IMG/VR virus record: IMGVR_UViG_3300048855_000162
Span: 1 to 44,117 of that record
Length of the DNA stretch: 44,117 bases
Origin: a virus
Lineage: Duplodnaviria; Caudoviricetes
Direction: 5' to 3' (one strand)
Each line of letters opens with the position of its first letter. The first letter of the stretch is position 1. The notes under the pieces were generated by a model. The model worked only from the letters and a program-made list of their open reading frames with translations. It had not been told where the DNA came from and made no database searches. The position numbers and the translations under genes were made by a program. Below are positions 17,282 to 26,439 of the stretch, piece by piece.

Positions 17282-17490
17282 TGGCCACCGCCACTGCCTT
17301 TGCTGGCGAACCGCTCGACGCGCTGGTGTGGCGTGCGACCGGCGGCGGCTCGGCCGCCGTCGACCAGGTCCTCGCGCTAAATCCGGGCGTGGCGGCGATC
17401 GGCACCGCCTTGCCCGAGGGGACCGTCGTCACCCTCCCCGAAACCTCCACGAGCTCGCCGCAGATCGAGCTCGTCCAGCTGTGGGACTGA
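17281..17490 (+). CDS. Tail protein X (P2 gpX)
   Basis: GEPLDALVWR, VLALNPG, LPEGT.V.LP, VQLWD. Confidence 0.9.
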   Translation: MATATAFAGEPLDALVWRATGGGSAAVDQVLALNPGVAAIGTALPEGTVVTLPETSTSSPQIELVQLWD

Positions 17491-17494
17491 ACCA

Positions 17495-17836
17495 ATGAAG
17501 ATCCCGCCCGAATGGTTCGATGCCGTGCAGACCTTCGTTATCGGCCTGACGCCCGGCGCGATCGGGTCCGCCGTCGGCCTGGCGCATGAAAAGGGCCTCA
17601 GCTGGGCCGAGCGCTTCACCCAGCTGGCGGCCGGCACGGTCGTCTCCTGGTTCGTCGCTCGCGCGCTCGGCGGCACGATCGATCTCAACCCCTTCGTGCT
17701 GCAGGGCGTGAACTTCACCGCCGGCATGATCGCCTACAAGTCGACGCCCCGCTTCATCACCGCCGCGGCCGACGTCGTCGGCGGCCTGCCCGCGGCGCTT
17801 CGCGACCGCTTTCTGCCCCGAAAGGATCCGAAATGA
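17495..17836 (+). CDS. Putative holin
   Basis: Small hydrophobic protein between X and the lysozyme. Confidence 0.65.
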   Translation: MKIPPEWFDAVQTFVIGLTPGAIGSAVGLAHEKGLSWAERFTQLAAGTVVSWFVARALGGTIDLNPFVLQGVNFTAGMIAYKSTPRFITAAADVVGGLPAALRDRFLPRKDPK

Positions 17837-18402
17837 GCGATACCGCCACCCGCGTACCTGGCAAGGTGAAGAAGACGCTGGCCGGCGTCCTCGGCAGCGT
17901 TGCGGCGGCCGTCTCCCTTTTCACCATGACGCCCGACTTCGAGAGCGGCCGGAAAGTCGAGGCGAAGCCGCAACCCGATGGCTCGATCGCCGTCCGCCAC
18001 ATTTCGGGCAAGCAGTACCTGGAGGCGTACCTCGACATCGTCCGCGTCGCGACCGCTTGCGACGGCATCACCAAGGGCGTCAAGCTCGGCCAGAGCTACA
18101 CGGAAGCGCAATGCACGGCGATGCTCGAGGAGCAGTTGATCGTGCATGCTGAAGAGGTAGTGGCGTGCGTCCCGCAACTTTACGGCCGCGCGAACCAGGC
18201 CGCCGCAGCGGTGTCCCTCGCCTACAATATTGGCGGGCCGCGCTTCTGCACGTCGACGGCCGCCCGCATGTTCCGCGCCCGGCGCTGGCGCGAGGGCTGC
18301 GACGCAATTCCAATGTGGAACAAGGCTGGCGGCCGCGTGGTGCAGGGCCTGGTCAACCGCCGCCGCGCCGAGCGCGACCTCTGCCGAAAGGATTTGCCGT
18401 GA
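17833..18402 (+). CDS. Endolysin, GH24 lysozyme
   Basis: FES...AYLDIV.VATACDGIT, SLAYNIG, WNKAGGRVVQGLVNRR.AE. Confidence 0.92.
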   Translation: MSDTATRVPGKVKKTLAGVLGSVAAAVSLFTMTPDFESGRKVEAKPQPDGSIAVRHISGKQYLEAYLDIVRVATACDGITKGVKLGQSYTEAQCTAMLEEQLIVHAEEVVACVPQLYGRANQAAAAVSLAYNIGGPRFCTSTAARMFRARRWREGCDAIPMWNKAGGRVVQGLVNRRRAERDLCRKDLP

Positions 18403-18902
18403 ACAAGCTCTTCGCCGCGATCGGCGCGGCGCGCGAGTGGCTGACGCTGCTCGTCGTCGCCGGCGTCGGCGCCTGGCTCTACGTCCAGTATTCCGAAACC
18501 CGCGCCGAGCGCGACGCCCTGGTGACGTGGGCCGAGGTCACCTGCGCCGGCGCCGGTGCCCCGTTCGAAGGCTCGGCCGAGGATCGCGTCGACAGCAACG
18601 GCAAGGCGGTGAAGGTCACCTTCGAGCGGGGCCAGCGCTGCCGCACCGCCGTCACCGCTGCCGTCGCCTTCAAGGCCCGCTCCGACCAGGAGACCGCCCA
18701 GCTGCTCGCCGACGCCATGCGCGCGCGCGAGACCAAGGCCGCCGCCGACTCTGCCCTTGCCCGAACCGCCGCGGAGGCCGCGCGCGACGCCGCCCTGCGC
18801 ATGGAGACCGCCGATGCTGAAGCTTCCGCCACGAACCGCGTCGATCGCCCTTGGTTTGCTGCTCTCAATGACCTTGCCGGGCTGCGCCCGCCGAGCCGTT
18901 GA
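18399..18902 (+). CDS. Inner-membrane spanin (LysB/Rz-like)
   Basis: GTG start overlapping lysin stop; N-terminal TM and Ala-rich helical region. Confidence 0.65.
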   Translation: MNKLFAAIGAAREWLTLLVVAGVGAWLYVQYSETRAERDALVTWAEVTCAGAGAPFEGSAEDRVDSNGKAVKVTFERGQRCRTAVTAAVAFKARSDQETAQLLADAMRARETKAAADSALARTAAEAARDAALRMETADAEASATNRVDRPWFAALNDLAGLRPPSR

Positions 18903-19140
18903 GGTGCCGATCGCCGCTCCGGTGCCCGTCGCGGTATCGGTGAAGGACACGCCGCCGGCCGAGCTCCTGCAGTGCCCGCCGGCGCCGGCCGGCTTCCCGC
19001 TCGATGCGGCCGCGGAGATGCCGCCGACAGTTCGCTCGGCGACGATCCGCGTCGCGAAGGCGCTCCGCGACACGCGCGATCGTCTGCTGCGGCTGATCGA
19101 GTGGAACGCGCCGGGCACCTGCCCGGCCGTTGCCGGCTGA
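18814..19140 (+). CDS. Outer-membrane lipoprotein spanin (LysC/Rz1-like)
   Basis: Signal peptide with lipobox LPGC, Pro-rich PPAELLQCP; overlaps the i-spanin 3' end. Confidence 0.7.
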   Translation: MLKLPPRTASIALGLLLSMTLPGCARRAVEVPIAAPVPVAVSVKDTPPAELLQCPPAPAGFPLDAAAEMPPTVRSATIRVAKALRDTRDRLLRLIEWNAPGTCPAVAG

Positions 19141-19141
19141 C

Positions 19142-19576
19142 ATGCGCAAGCCTGACAGCCTGCGCGCCGCCGTCACGGCCGCCCTACCTGAGCTCGCGCG
19201 AGATCCGCAGGCGCTCAAGATCTGGCTGTCGAAGGGACATGTGCGCTCCAACGGCACCGGTGCCGGCGCCCGCATGGAATATGGCTATGAGCTCTCGCTG
19301 TTCCTGCTCGACTTCACCGGGGATCCGGACGTGCTGTTCGCGGCCGTGGTCGAATGGCTCGCGATCGAGCAGCCCAACCTCCTGCTGCGCCCCAACGATC
19401 CCTCGTCGGTGATCCCGTTCGAGATCGACGTCCTGGACGACAGCAAGGTCGACATCCTGGTGTCGCTGCAGCTGGACGAGGCGGTCGATCACGCCGGGGG
19501 GAAGTTCGTGCACCTTCCCACGCCTGTGGTTGATGACAATGCGCCGATCGCCGGCTTGCGCGAGCGGATCGGCTGA
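19142..19576 (+). CDS. Tail completion protein (P2 gpR)
   Basis: MRKPDSLRAA, EYGYEL.L.L.DFTGDPD, WL..EQP.LL, FEIDVLD. Confidence 0.9.
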   Translation: MRKPDSLRAAVTAALPELARDPQALKIWLSKGHVRSNGTGAGARMEYGYELSLFLLDFTGDPDVLFAAVVEWLAIEQPNLLLRPNDPSSVIPFEIDVLDDSKVDILVSLQLDEAVDHAGGKFVHLPTPVVDDNAPIAGLRERIG

Positions 19577-20085
19577 TGGCTGACGAGACCTTCCGCGATT
19601 TCACGCCGCTCGATCACGCGATCGAGGATCTGACCCGTCGCATGACGCCGGCGGCGCGTAAGGCGCTCGCCACCCGCGTTGCCGTGGATCTGCAGAAGGC
19701 GAACGCCGGCCGCATTCACCATAATGTCGAGCCGGACGGCAGCGCCATGGAACCGCGCAAGCTGAAGAAAAGCGGCAAAGCCCGAACGCGCCGGCTGCGC
19801 GATCACGTGACGGGCCTGCGTCGCACGGTGCGCCAGCAGAAGATGTTTCTGCGCGCGGCCGCGCCCCGCTACCTGCGTAAAGAAACCAGTGCTGGAGAGG
19901 CGCAGGTCGGTTTTGTCGGGGCCATGGCCCGCATCATGCGCGTCCACCAGTACGGCCTGCGCGACACGGTCACCCGCGACCCGTCATCGCCGGCGGCCGA
20001 CTATCCTGCCCGCCAGGTAATCGGCTTCGCTGACGCCGACCGCGCCCAGGTGTTGGAGCGCGTGGCAGAGCATCTGGAGCCCTGA
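19576..20085 (+). CDS. Virion morphogenesis protein (P2 gpS)
   Basis: RI..NVEPDGS.MEPRK, RI.RVHQYGLRD, YPARQVIGF. Confidence 0.9.
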   Translation: MADETFRDFTPLDHAIEDLTRRMTPAARKALATRVAVDLQKANAGRIHHNVEPDGSAMEPRKLKKSGKARTRRLRDHVTGLRRTVRQQKMFLRAAAPRYLRKETSAGEAQVGFVGAMARIMRVHQYGLRDTVTRDPSSPAADYPARQVIGFADADRAQVLERVAEHLEP

Positions 20086-20126
20086 AGCGCCGGCGCCCCG
20101 CCCTCGGCTCGGACCGGCTATAACGC

Positions 20127-20151
20127 TGTTGTAGGTCCGCCACCTACAACA
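20127..20151. promoter_or_regulatory. Late-promoter palindrome upstream of J
   Basis: TGTTGTAGGT-CCGCC-ACCTACAACA. Confidence 0.8.
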
Positions 20152-20194
20152 CCCCGCTCTGGCGGCACCCGCACCCTGCCCGCGACATGGCGGC

Positions 20195-21091
20195 ATGGCC
20201 GCCAGCACCGCCTCTACCCTCGACCTGTCGAGCCTTCCCGCGCCGGATCTGATCGAGCTTCCGTCGTTCGAAACCGTCTTCGCACGGATGGTTGCCGACG
20301 TGCAGGCACGACTGCCGAGCTTCGACGCGACGATCGACTCTGATCCCGCTGTGATCGTCCTGCAGGTCGCCGCCTACCACTTGCAGCTGATCAGCACGGC
20401 GGTGAACGACACTGCGCGACAGCTGATGGTCGCCTCGGCCACCGGTGCCAACCTAGACCAACTCGCCGCGCTGGTAGGCGTCGGCCGCCTCACGATTGAC
20501 GTGGGAGATCCCGCCCAAGGCATCGCCCCGACAATGGAGAGCGACGCGGCGCTGCGCCAGCGTATCGTGCTGGCACCTGAAAGCTTCTCGGTGGCCGGCC
20601 CGGAGTTGGCCTATGTCTATCACGCCAAGTCCGCGGACGGCGCAGTGCGCGACGCCAGCGCAACGTCGCCGGCACCGGGTGAGGTGCTGGTATCGGTCCT
20701 CGCGCGCGACGGCGACGGCAGCGCCCCTGCGGATCTGCTCGCCAAGGTCCAAGCCATTGTCGGCAGCGACAGCGTTCGCCCGCTCGGCGACCTAGTGACG
20801 GTCGCCTCGGCCAAAATCCGACCCTTCGATCTCAAAGCGCGGCTCGTAACCTTCAGCGGACCCGACGTCGGCGTCGTGCTGGCCGCCGCGCGCGTCTCCC
20901 TTGACGTCTATCTCGCCGAGAGCCGACTTCTAGGACGAGACATCACGCTTTCGGGGCTATACGCCGCCTTGCACGTGCCCGGCGTGATGCGCGTCGAGAT
21001 CGTGGCGCCAAGCGCCGATGTCGTTTGCGACGCCACCCAAGCCGCCTACTGCACCGGCATCACCCTGACGCATGGCGGCTATGACGACTGA
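20195..21091 (+). CDS. Baseplate protein (P2 gpJ)
   Basis: DLSSLPAPD, ESDAALRQRI.LAPESFSVAGP..AY.YHA.SAD, VRPLGD.V, AAYCTGI. Confidence 0.93.
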   Translation: MAASTASTLDLSSLPAPDLIELPSFETVFARMVADVQARLPSFDATIDSDPAVIVLQVAAYHLQLISTAVNDTARQLMVASATGANLDQLAALVGVGRLTIDVGDPAQGIAPTMESDAALRQRIVLAPESFSVAGPELAYVYHAKSADGAVRDASATSPAPGEVLVSVLARDGDGSAPADLLAKVQAIVGSDSVRPLGDLVTVASAKIRPFDLKARLVTFSGPDVGVVLAAARVSLDVYLAESRLLGRDITLSGLYAALHVPGVMRVEIVAPSADVVCDATQAAYCTGITLTHGGYDD

Positions 21092-21740
21092 GCGCGTCTC
21101 GCTGCTGCCGCCCAACTCGTCGCCGCTTGAGCGCGCGCTCGAGCAAGCCATCGCGCAGCTGGGCGAGGTCCCATACCCGCTCGAGTTGGCGGTGGATCCG
21201 CTGCGCTGCGATGCCGGAGCGTTGCCGTGGCTCGCTTATGGCCTGTCGGTCGACAACTGGGACAATGACTGGACTGAACAGACGAAGCGCGATGCCGTTG
21301 CCAACTCCATCGCCCTCCACCGGATCAAGGGCACGCCGGCATCGGTGAAGTCGGTGCTCGCCCGCTTCGACCAGCTGCTGAAGCTGGTTGAATGGCACCA
21401 GGCCACGCCGCGTGCGGATCCGCACACCTTCGAGGTTCGCCTGCCCATCGCCGGCGACGGCGTAGAGCCGGGCGGCCGCCGCGCCACCGCCGCCTTCGCC
21501 GAGGCAATCATCCGCGACGTGTCGCGCGTGAAGCCCGCGCGCGAGCACTTCATCCTCGCCCAGACGCTCGCGCTCACCAGCGCAGTCGGCCTGCAGGGCG
21601 CCGGCCGCCTGGTCGACGTGCGTCGCGCCGACACCACCCCCGACTTCGACACCTCGCCCGCCTGGGGCTTCTATCTTCAGACCGAGGATGGGGAGCCGCT
21701 CCAGGCCGAAACCGGCGCCTTTCTGGACACCGCCCCATGA
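21081..21740 (+). CDS. Tail protein I (P2 gpI)
   Basis: SLLPPNSS.LER, LPWLAYGLSVD.W, HRIKGT, EWHQ, KPAREH. Confidence 0.92.
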   Translation: MTTERVSLLPPNSSPLERALEQAIAQLGEVPYPLELAVDPLRCDAGALPWLAYGLSVDNWDNDWTEQTKRDAVANSIALHRIKGTPASVKSVLARFDQLLKLVEWHQATPRADPHTFEVRLPIAGDGVEPGGRRATAAFAEAIIRDVSRVKPAREHFILAQTLALTSAVGLQGAGRLVDVRRADTTPDFDTSPAWGFYLQTEDGEPLQAETGAFLDTAP

Positions 21741-22921
21741 GCAAGCTCGTTCTCGTCATCACCCAGGCGGGCCAGGCGCGCTTCACCGCCGCGCAGCTGG
21801 GCGACGCGATCGACCTGAAGGTCGCGCGTGTCGGCCTCACCGCACAGCCGTTCGTCGCCGCACCGACGCTCACCCGTCTTCCCGGCCAGTTCCGCCAGGT
21901 CGACACCGTCTCTGGCGAGGCGGTCGGCGACAATGTCGTGCACATGATCGTGCGCGATGCGGAGCCTGTCGCCTACACCGTGCGCGGCTTCGGCCTGTTC
22001 CTCGCCGATGGTACGCTGCTCGCCGCCTATTGCCATGATGCGCCGCTTTTCGAGAAATCGACGGCGAGCGAGATGCACTTGGCACTCGACATCGCGTTTC
22101 CGACCGACCAGGTGGCCGCGCTAAGCTTCGGCGACACCAACTTCCTCAACCCGCCGGCGACCACCGAGACCAAGGGCGTGGCCGAACTGGCGACCCAGGC
22201 AGAGGTCGACGCGGGCACCGATGCCGTGCGGATCGTCACCCCGCGTACGCTGGCGCAGCGCCTGGCAGCGTTCGCCACCTCCATCTTCGGCCGCCGCATC
22301 GACACCGCAGGTCTAGCCGCGGGCGGCGGCGACTTGTCGGCTGACCGCACCATCACGGTGCCGGCGGCGACCGCAGCAGAAGCCGACGCCGGCACGCTTG
22401 CGACCAAGGCGCTGACGCCGGCCAGCATCGTCAACGTCCTCGCCTCGATCGGCCTGCGCGTGCCGCTCGCCCGCCGCATCGACACCAGCGGCCTCGCGCT
22501 GGGCGGCGGCACGCTCGCGACCGACAAGACGATCTCGGTTCCGGCCGCCACGCCCGAGCAGTTGCTCTCGGCCACTGCCGACAACGCCGCGCTAACGCCG
22601 GCGAGTTTCGGCGGCCTGGCGAAGCTATTCGGGACGGACGGCTACTACACGCTGCCCGGCGGCCTGATCGTCCAGTGGGTCACCTACCGCGCGCTGCTGG
22701 CAGACGAGCCCAGCGTCTCGGTCGCCTATCCGATCGCGTTCCCGAACGCCTGCCTGTTCGCAATGACCTGCCCGACCATCTCGGCCGCCAGCCAGGCGCG
22801 CGACGGATGGACCCAGATCGTCGGCAATCCCGGCCCCGCCTCCTGTGTCGTCCAGGTGCAGGCCGACGACCAGAACGACCGCCGCATCGACGGCATCAAC
22901 CTCCTAGTCATCGGACGCTGA
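21737..22921 (+). CDS. Tail fibre protein (gpH-like N-terminus, gp53-like C-terminus)
   Basis: ITQAG, YTVRGFGLF..DGTL.A, NPPATTETKGVAELAT, C-terminal GYYTLPGGLIVQW...YPIAFPNAC. Confidence 0.8.
   Translation: MSKLVLVITQAGQARFTAAQLGDAIDLKVARVGLTAQPFVAAPTLTRLPGQFRQVDTVSGEAVGDNVVHMIVRDAEPVAYTVRGFGLFLADGTLLAAYCHDAPLFEKSTASEMHLALDIAFPTDQVAALSFGDTNFLNPPATTETKGVAELATQAEVDAGTDAVRIVTPRTLAQRLAAFATSIFGRRIDTAGLAAGGGDLSADRTITVPAATAAEADAGTLATKALTPASIVNVLASIGLRVPLARRIDTSGLALGGGTLATDKTISVPAATPEQLLSATADNAALTPASFGGLAKLFGTDGYYTLPGGLIVQWVTYRALLADEPSVSVAYPIAFPNACLFAMTCPTISAASQARDGWTQIVGNPGPASCVVQVQADDQNDRRIDGINLLVIGR
22292..22610 (+). repeat. Tandem 180-nt (60-aa period) repeat in the tail fibre
   Basis: RRIDTAGLAAGGGDLSADRTITVPAAT...ALTPAS at 22292 and RRIDTSGLALGGGTLATDKTISVPAAT...ALTPAS at 22472. 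Confidence 0.8.
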
Positions 22922-22926
22922 TCCCC

Positions 22927-24951
22927 ATGGCCAAGATCACCGCGCTCGACGCTGTCGACGAGCTTACCGGCGACGAATTCCTGCCCATCGTGCAGGGGCT
23001 CGACACCAAGCGCGCCACCATGGCTTCGTTCCGCGACCTTATCGTTCCGTTCCTGCAGTACTGGTACAAGGGCGAGCGGGGTTTCCCCGGCGGCAATGTC
23101 ATGGCCGTCGCCTCGTTCACGGAGATGCGCACGGGCGACATCGTCGTGCCCGAGGGCGCGCTCGCCGTCCGCACGTCCAGCTATTCCAAGGGCGGCATCA
23201 TCTTCGCCAACAGCGGCGCGGCCTTCTATGTCCGCGACGATGCGCTGGTGACGCAGGCGTTTGCGGACGCAAACCCGCGATGGACCTTCCGCGCGCCCGA
23301 TGAGAACGACGTGGTCCACGGCTATCGCCTGGAGGGCTTCCACTTCGACATCGAGGTGTTCGGCGGCGTCGGCGACGACTTCGCGCCTGGTGTGGCGAAC
23401 GACGCACTGGTCACGCCCAGCAACTTTGCCACCGACAACCTGCCCGCTTTCCTGGCGGCGTTCGCCTACTGCCGCTCCCAGCAGGTCCGCAACGGCGTCT
23501 ATGCGGCCGGCGTAACGATCAACCTCGACAGCTTCTACTTCTGCAGCGGCCTGCTCGAGCCGCCCATGACCATCCGTCTGACGGGGCGGCACTACGGCAC
23601 CAACCTGTCCACCATCGTGTCGCGGATCCGGTGGCCCAGGGACACGCCGGGCATGATCATCAAGCGCTTCGACACGACCGGCGTGAGTGGCCCGACCAAC
23701 GGCAACACGACGAACACGCCTGGCGCCATGGGCGCGGACGGTTCGGTTCTGCAGGGCCTCGTCCTGCAGGGCGGGTTCATCAAGGGCGTGACCCCGAGCG
23801 GGCCGTACCACGGCCTGACGGCCCGCGCGCGGGGCATCGCCAGCGACTGCGTGTTCATGGGTTGGCAGGGCAAGGGCGCCAACATCGAGGCCACCGCCAA
23901 CACCGCGGCCGACAATACCCGCCAGGGCAACGCCAACCTCTTCGTTATGAAGCGGTGCGCCTTCACCAACAACGAAGTCGGCCTGCTCATCGCCGGCGCG
24001 GACGTGAACGCCGGCCTGATGGACACGCTGAATTTCGCCGGCAACCGCACCTGGGGCCTGATCGAGAGCAGCTACCTCGCCAACGCCCACCGCGGGCACC
24101 ATGCCAGTGCGAACGGCCTGGCGAACGCGGTCACCCCGACCGTCTGCACCTACCAGGGCTTCCGCTACAGCGTGAAGTATGGGTCGGAGCCGCTCGCCGG
24201 CATCACCGTTCCGGGTACTGACAAGAACGTCTGGCTTTGCATCGGCACGGGCGGCGCCAGCCCCTCCAACAACATCCTCGAATGGACGCCGGGAAGCGTG
24301 TGGACGTCTGGCGGCTCCTACGTCACGACCAGCGACACCGCGACCGGCACCTTCACCGACTGCTACGACGAGAGCGGTGAAGGTCCCGCCCAGATCAACG
24401 CGCCCTGGCAGATCATCGGCGGCAACATCCGCAACCTTGGCTCTGCGCCCAAGCTGGGACCGACCAGCACCGGCGACATGCTGTGCACCAAGGGGATCGG
24501 CTCGCGCATGGAGCTGGATCCCGGCGGTCCCGGCACCGGCACGCTGTCCGTTCTCCTGGGCGGCAATCCTGGCAACGGCGACATCCTGAAGTTCGACCAC
24601 ACCACGGAAGCGCCGGGCAGCTGGCGTTGGAAGTTCGACAACGGGATGGTGGTCATGAACTACCAGAACGCGACGAACCAGCGGCCCTTCCTGATCGGTG
24701 GCCCGAACTCCACGCGGACCTATGGGCGGGCATCGGCGGTCAAGTTCCAGATGGAGTTGCCGAGGGTCTGGATCGGGCCAACGAACAACGCGCGCTGCAT
24801 CGAGCATGGCGCGACGGCGATGCCGACCAGCGGCGAGTATGGTCCTGGCGACATCATCTTCCGTCGCAATCCCGCGGCCGGCGGCAAGCGGGGCTGGGTC
24901 TGCATCGTGGGCGGTGTGGCCGGCTCTACGGCTGTGTTCGAAGAATTCTAA
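22927..24951 (+). CDS. Tailspike / putative polysaccharide depolymerase (beta-helix)
   Basis: FDIEVFGGVGD...TDNLPAFLAAF pectate-lyase-3-like start, G/N/T-rich body, C-terminal PTSG.Y..GDI......AAGG..GWVC...G..G..W/F motif. Confidence 0.7.
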   Translation: MAKITALDAVDELTGDEFLPIVQGLDTKRATMASFRDLIVPFLQYWYKGERGFPGGNVMAVASFTEMRTGDIVVPEGALAVRTSSYSKGGIIFANSGAAFYVRDDALVTQAFADANPRWTFRAPDENDVVHGYRLEGFHFDIEVFGGVGDDFAPGVANDALVTPSNFATDNLPAFLAAFAYCRSQQVRNGVYAAGVTINLDSFYFCSGLLEPPMTIRLTGRHYGTNLSTIVSRIRWPRDTPGMIIKRFDTTGVSGPTNGNTTNTPGAMGADGSVLQGLVLQGGFIKGVTPSGPYHGLTARARGIASDCVFMGWQGKGANIEATANTAADNTRQGNANLFVMKRCAFTNNEVGLLIAGADVNAGLMDTLNFAGNRTWGLIESSYLANAHRGHHASANGLANAVTPTVCTYQGFRYSVKYGSEPLAGITVPGTDKNVWLCIGTGGASPSNNILEWTPGSVWTSGGSYVTTSDTATGTFTDCYDESGEGPAQINAPWQIIGGNIRNLGSAPKLGPTSTGDMLCTKGIGSRMELDPGGPGTGTLSVLLGGNPGNGDILKFDHTTEAPGSWRWKFDNGMVVMNYQNATNQRPFLIGGPNSTRTYGRASAVKFQMELPRVWIGPTNNARCIEHGATAMPTSGEYGPGDIIFRRNPAAGGKRGWVCIVGGVAGSTAVFEEF

Positions 24952-24975
24952 ACCGATTACCGTAGGATATTGATC

Positions 24976-25440
24976 ATGGCTGTTATCGCAGAAGTCGAAA
25001 CCCTGTTTGGCGATGCCTGCGCTTGTTACGTGCGGCTCAACCATGTCGTTGCCGGCAACCACGGAACTCCGGCCAAGGCCCTGTTCCGGGGCTTCATGAG
25101 CAAGCAGGCATTCGACGCCGGCAAGCACTATGTCTTCGAGCGGGAGATCGAGTTCGTCGCCGACGTCACGCGCCCGCTCTGGGAGCAGGCATATGAGGCG
25201 CTTCGCAGCCTTCCCGTCGAGGCAATCCCCGACGAGCCGGCTGCGCCCCAGGCACCGACTGCGCCAGAAGGCGCAGCGGACGGCAGCCCCGCCATGCTGG
25301 AATATCTGAACAAGGTGCAGGAGCATCAGCAGGCGGTGGCGCAGCACGCCGCGGACGCCGACCAGTGGCGCGCCGATTGCGCCGCGATCGAGGCCCGCAA
25401 CTGCGAAGTGATGGCGCTGGCGATGTCCGAGGACGCATGA
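24976..25440 (+). CDS. Hypothetical protein, possible tailspike chaperone
   Basis: AGGA RBS; directly follows the tailspike in the position of P2 gpG. Confidence 0.55.
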   Translation: MAVIAEVETLFGDACACYVRLNHVVAGNHGTPAKALFRGFMSKQAFDAGKHYVFEREIEFVADVTRPLWEQAYEALRSLPVEAIPDEPAAPQAPTAPEGAADGSPAMLEYLNKVQEHQQAVAQHAADADQWRADCAAIEARNCEVMALAMSEDA

Positions 25441-25475
25441 CCTGCGGCTGATCTGCGCGGTGAGGTAATCTCCTT

Positions 25476-25500
25476 TGTTGTAGGTCGCGCACCTACAACA
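25476..25500. promoter_or_regulatory. Late-promoter palindrome upstream of V
   Basis: TGTTGTAGGT-CGCGC-ACCTACAACA. Confidence 0.8.
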
Positions 25501-25544
25501 GCCCACCCGCGCGACCCGCTCCGGCCTGCGGCACGGTCGCCGCG

Positions 25545-26066
25545 ATGGACGACAACGACGCACTCGAGGGGCTGATCCGCTACGGCCAGGTCGTATCCGT
25601 CGACCTGGCCGCGGGGCGCTGCGTCGTCGCGTCCGGCGAGATCGCCACCCAACCCATTCGCTGGATCGAAGTTCGTGCCGGCAAGACGCGCACCTGGTCG
25701 CCGCCGAGCGCGGGCGAGCAGGTCCTGCTCCTGTGCCCAGGCGGGGATCCCGCCGGCGCCATCGCGCTGCGCGGCGTATCCAGCGCGGCGAACCCGCCGA
25801 TCGGCGACGCCACCCGCGAACTGATCGAATTCCCCGATGGCGCCGTGCTTGCGTACGACGCGACCGCGCACGCGCTGACTGCCATCCTGCCCGCCACCGG
25901 GACTGTCCGCATCGAGGCTGGCGGTGGCCTGCACCTGGCCGGCCCCCTGTTCGTCGACGGCGAGATTTCCGCGACCGAGGACGTGGTCGGCAAAGGCGTC
26001 TCCCTCGCCACGCACCGCCACGGCCTGGTCAAGCTCGGCACCGACAAGTCGGGGGCACCGGAATGA
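25545..26066 (+). CDS. Baseplate spike (P2 gpV)
   Basis: LIRYG.V.SVD, RAG.TRTWSPPS.GEQV.LL.PGGD, FPDGA...YD, SL.THRH. Confidence 0.93.
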   Translation: MDDNDALEGLIRYGQVVSVDLAAGRCVVASGEIATQPIRWIEVRAGKTRTWSPPSAGEQVLLLCPGGDPAGAIALRGVSSAANPPIGDATRELIEFPDGAVLAYDATAHALTAILPATGTVRIEAGGGLHLAGPLFVDGEISATEDVVGKGVSLATHRHGLVKLGTDKSGAPE

Positions 26067-26428
26067 CCGGCATGGACGCGGAAACGGGCAAGCCGCTCGA
26101 CGGCGACGCCCACCTCGCGCAGTCGATCGGCAAGCTGCTGTCGACGCCGATCGGCACGCGCGTGATGCGTCGCGACTATGGCTCGGCGCTGTTCGAACTC
26201 GTCGACAAGCCACTCAATCCGCTCACCCGCATGCGCGCCTTCGCCGCGACCGCTGTCGCGATCGCGCGGTGGGAACCCCGCCTGAAGCTCAGCCGGGTGT
26301 CGATCGACGGCCAGGAAAGCGCCGCGCTCGGGCGCGGCGTGCTGACGCTGGAGGGCGAGCGCACCGACACCGCCGGCCGCAACGGCCTCGCCACCCTCAC
26401 CATCCCCCTTCGTCCCGTTACCGCTTGA
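26063..26428 (+). CDS. Baseplate protein (P2 gpW)
   Basis: GMDAETGK, HLAQSI..LLSTPIGTRVMRRDYGS, ARWEPRL. Confidence 0.93.
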   Translation: MTGMDAETGKPLDGDAHLAQSIGKLLSTPIGTRVMRRDYGSALFELVDKPLNPLTRMRAFAATAVAIARWEPRLKLSRVSIDGQESAALGRGVLTLEGERTDTAGRNGLATLTIPLRPVTA

Positions 26429-26439
26429 GGATCCCGCCC

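Noticed and set aside
21737-25440. Diversity-generating retroelement or shufflon at the tail fibres
   Set aside because: No reverse transcriptase, no adenine-specific TR/VR pair and no inverted fibre cassettes seen.
13634-25500. 25-bp palindromes as CRISPR repeats, REPs or invertase sites
   Set aside because: Three copies kilobases apart, each at an operon start; no spacer array, cas genes or invertase.
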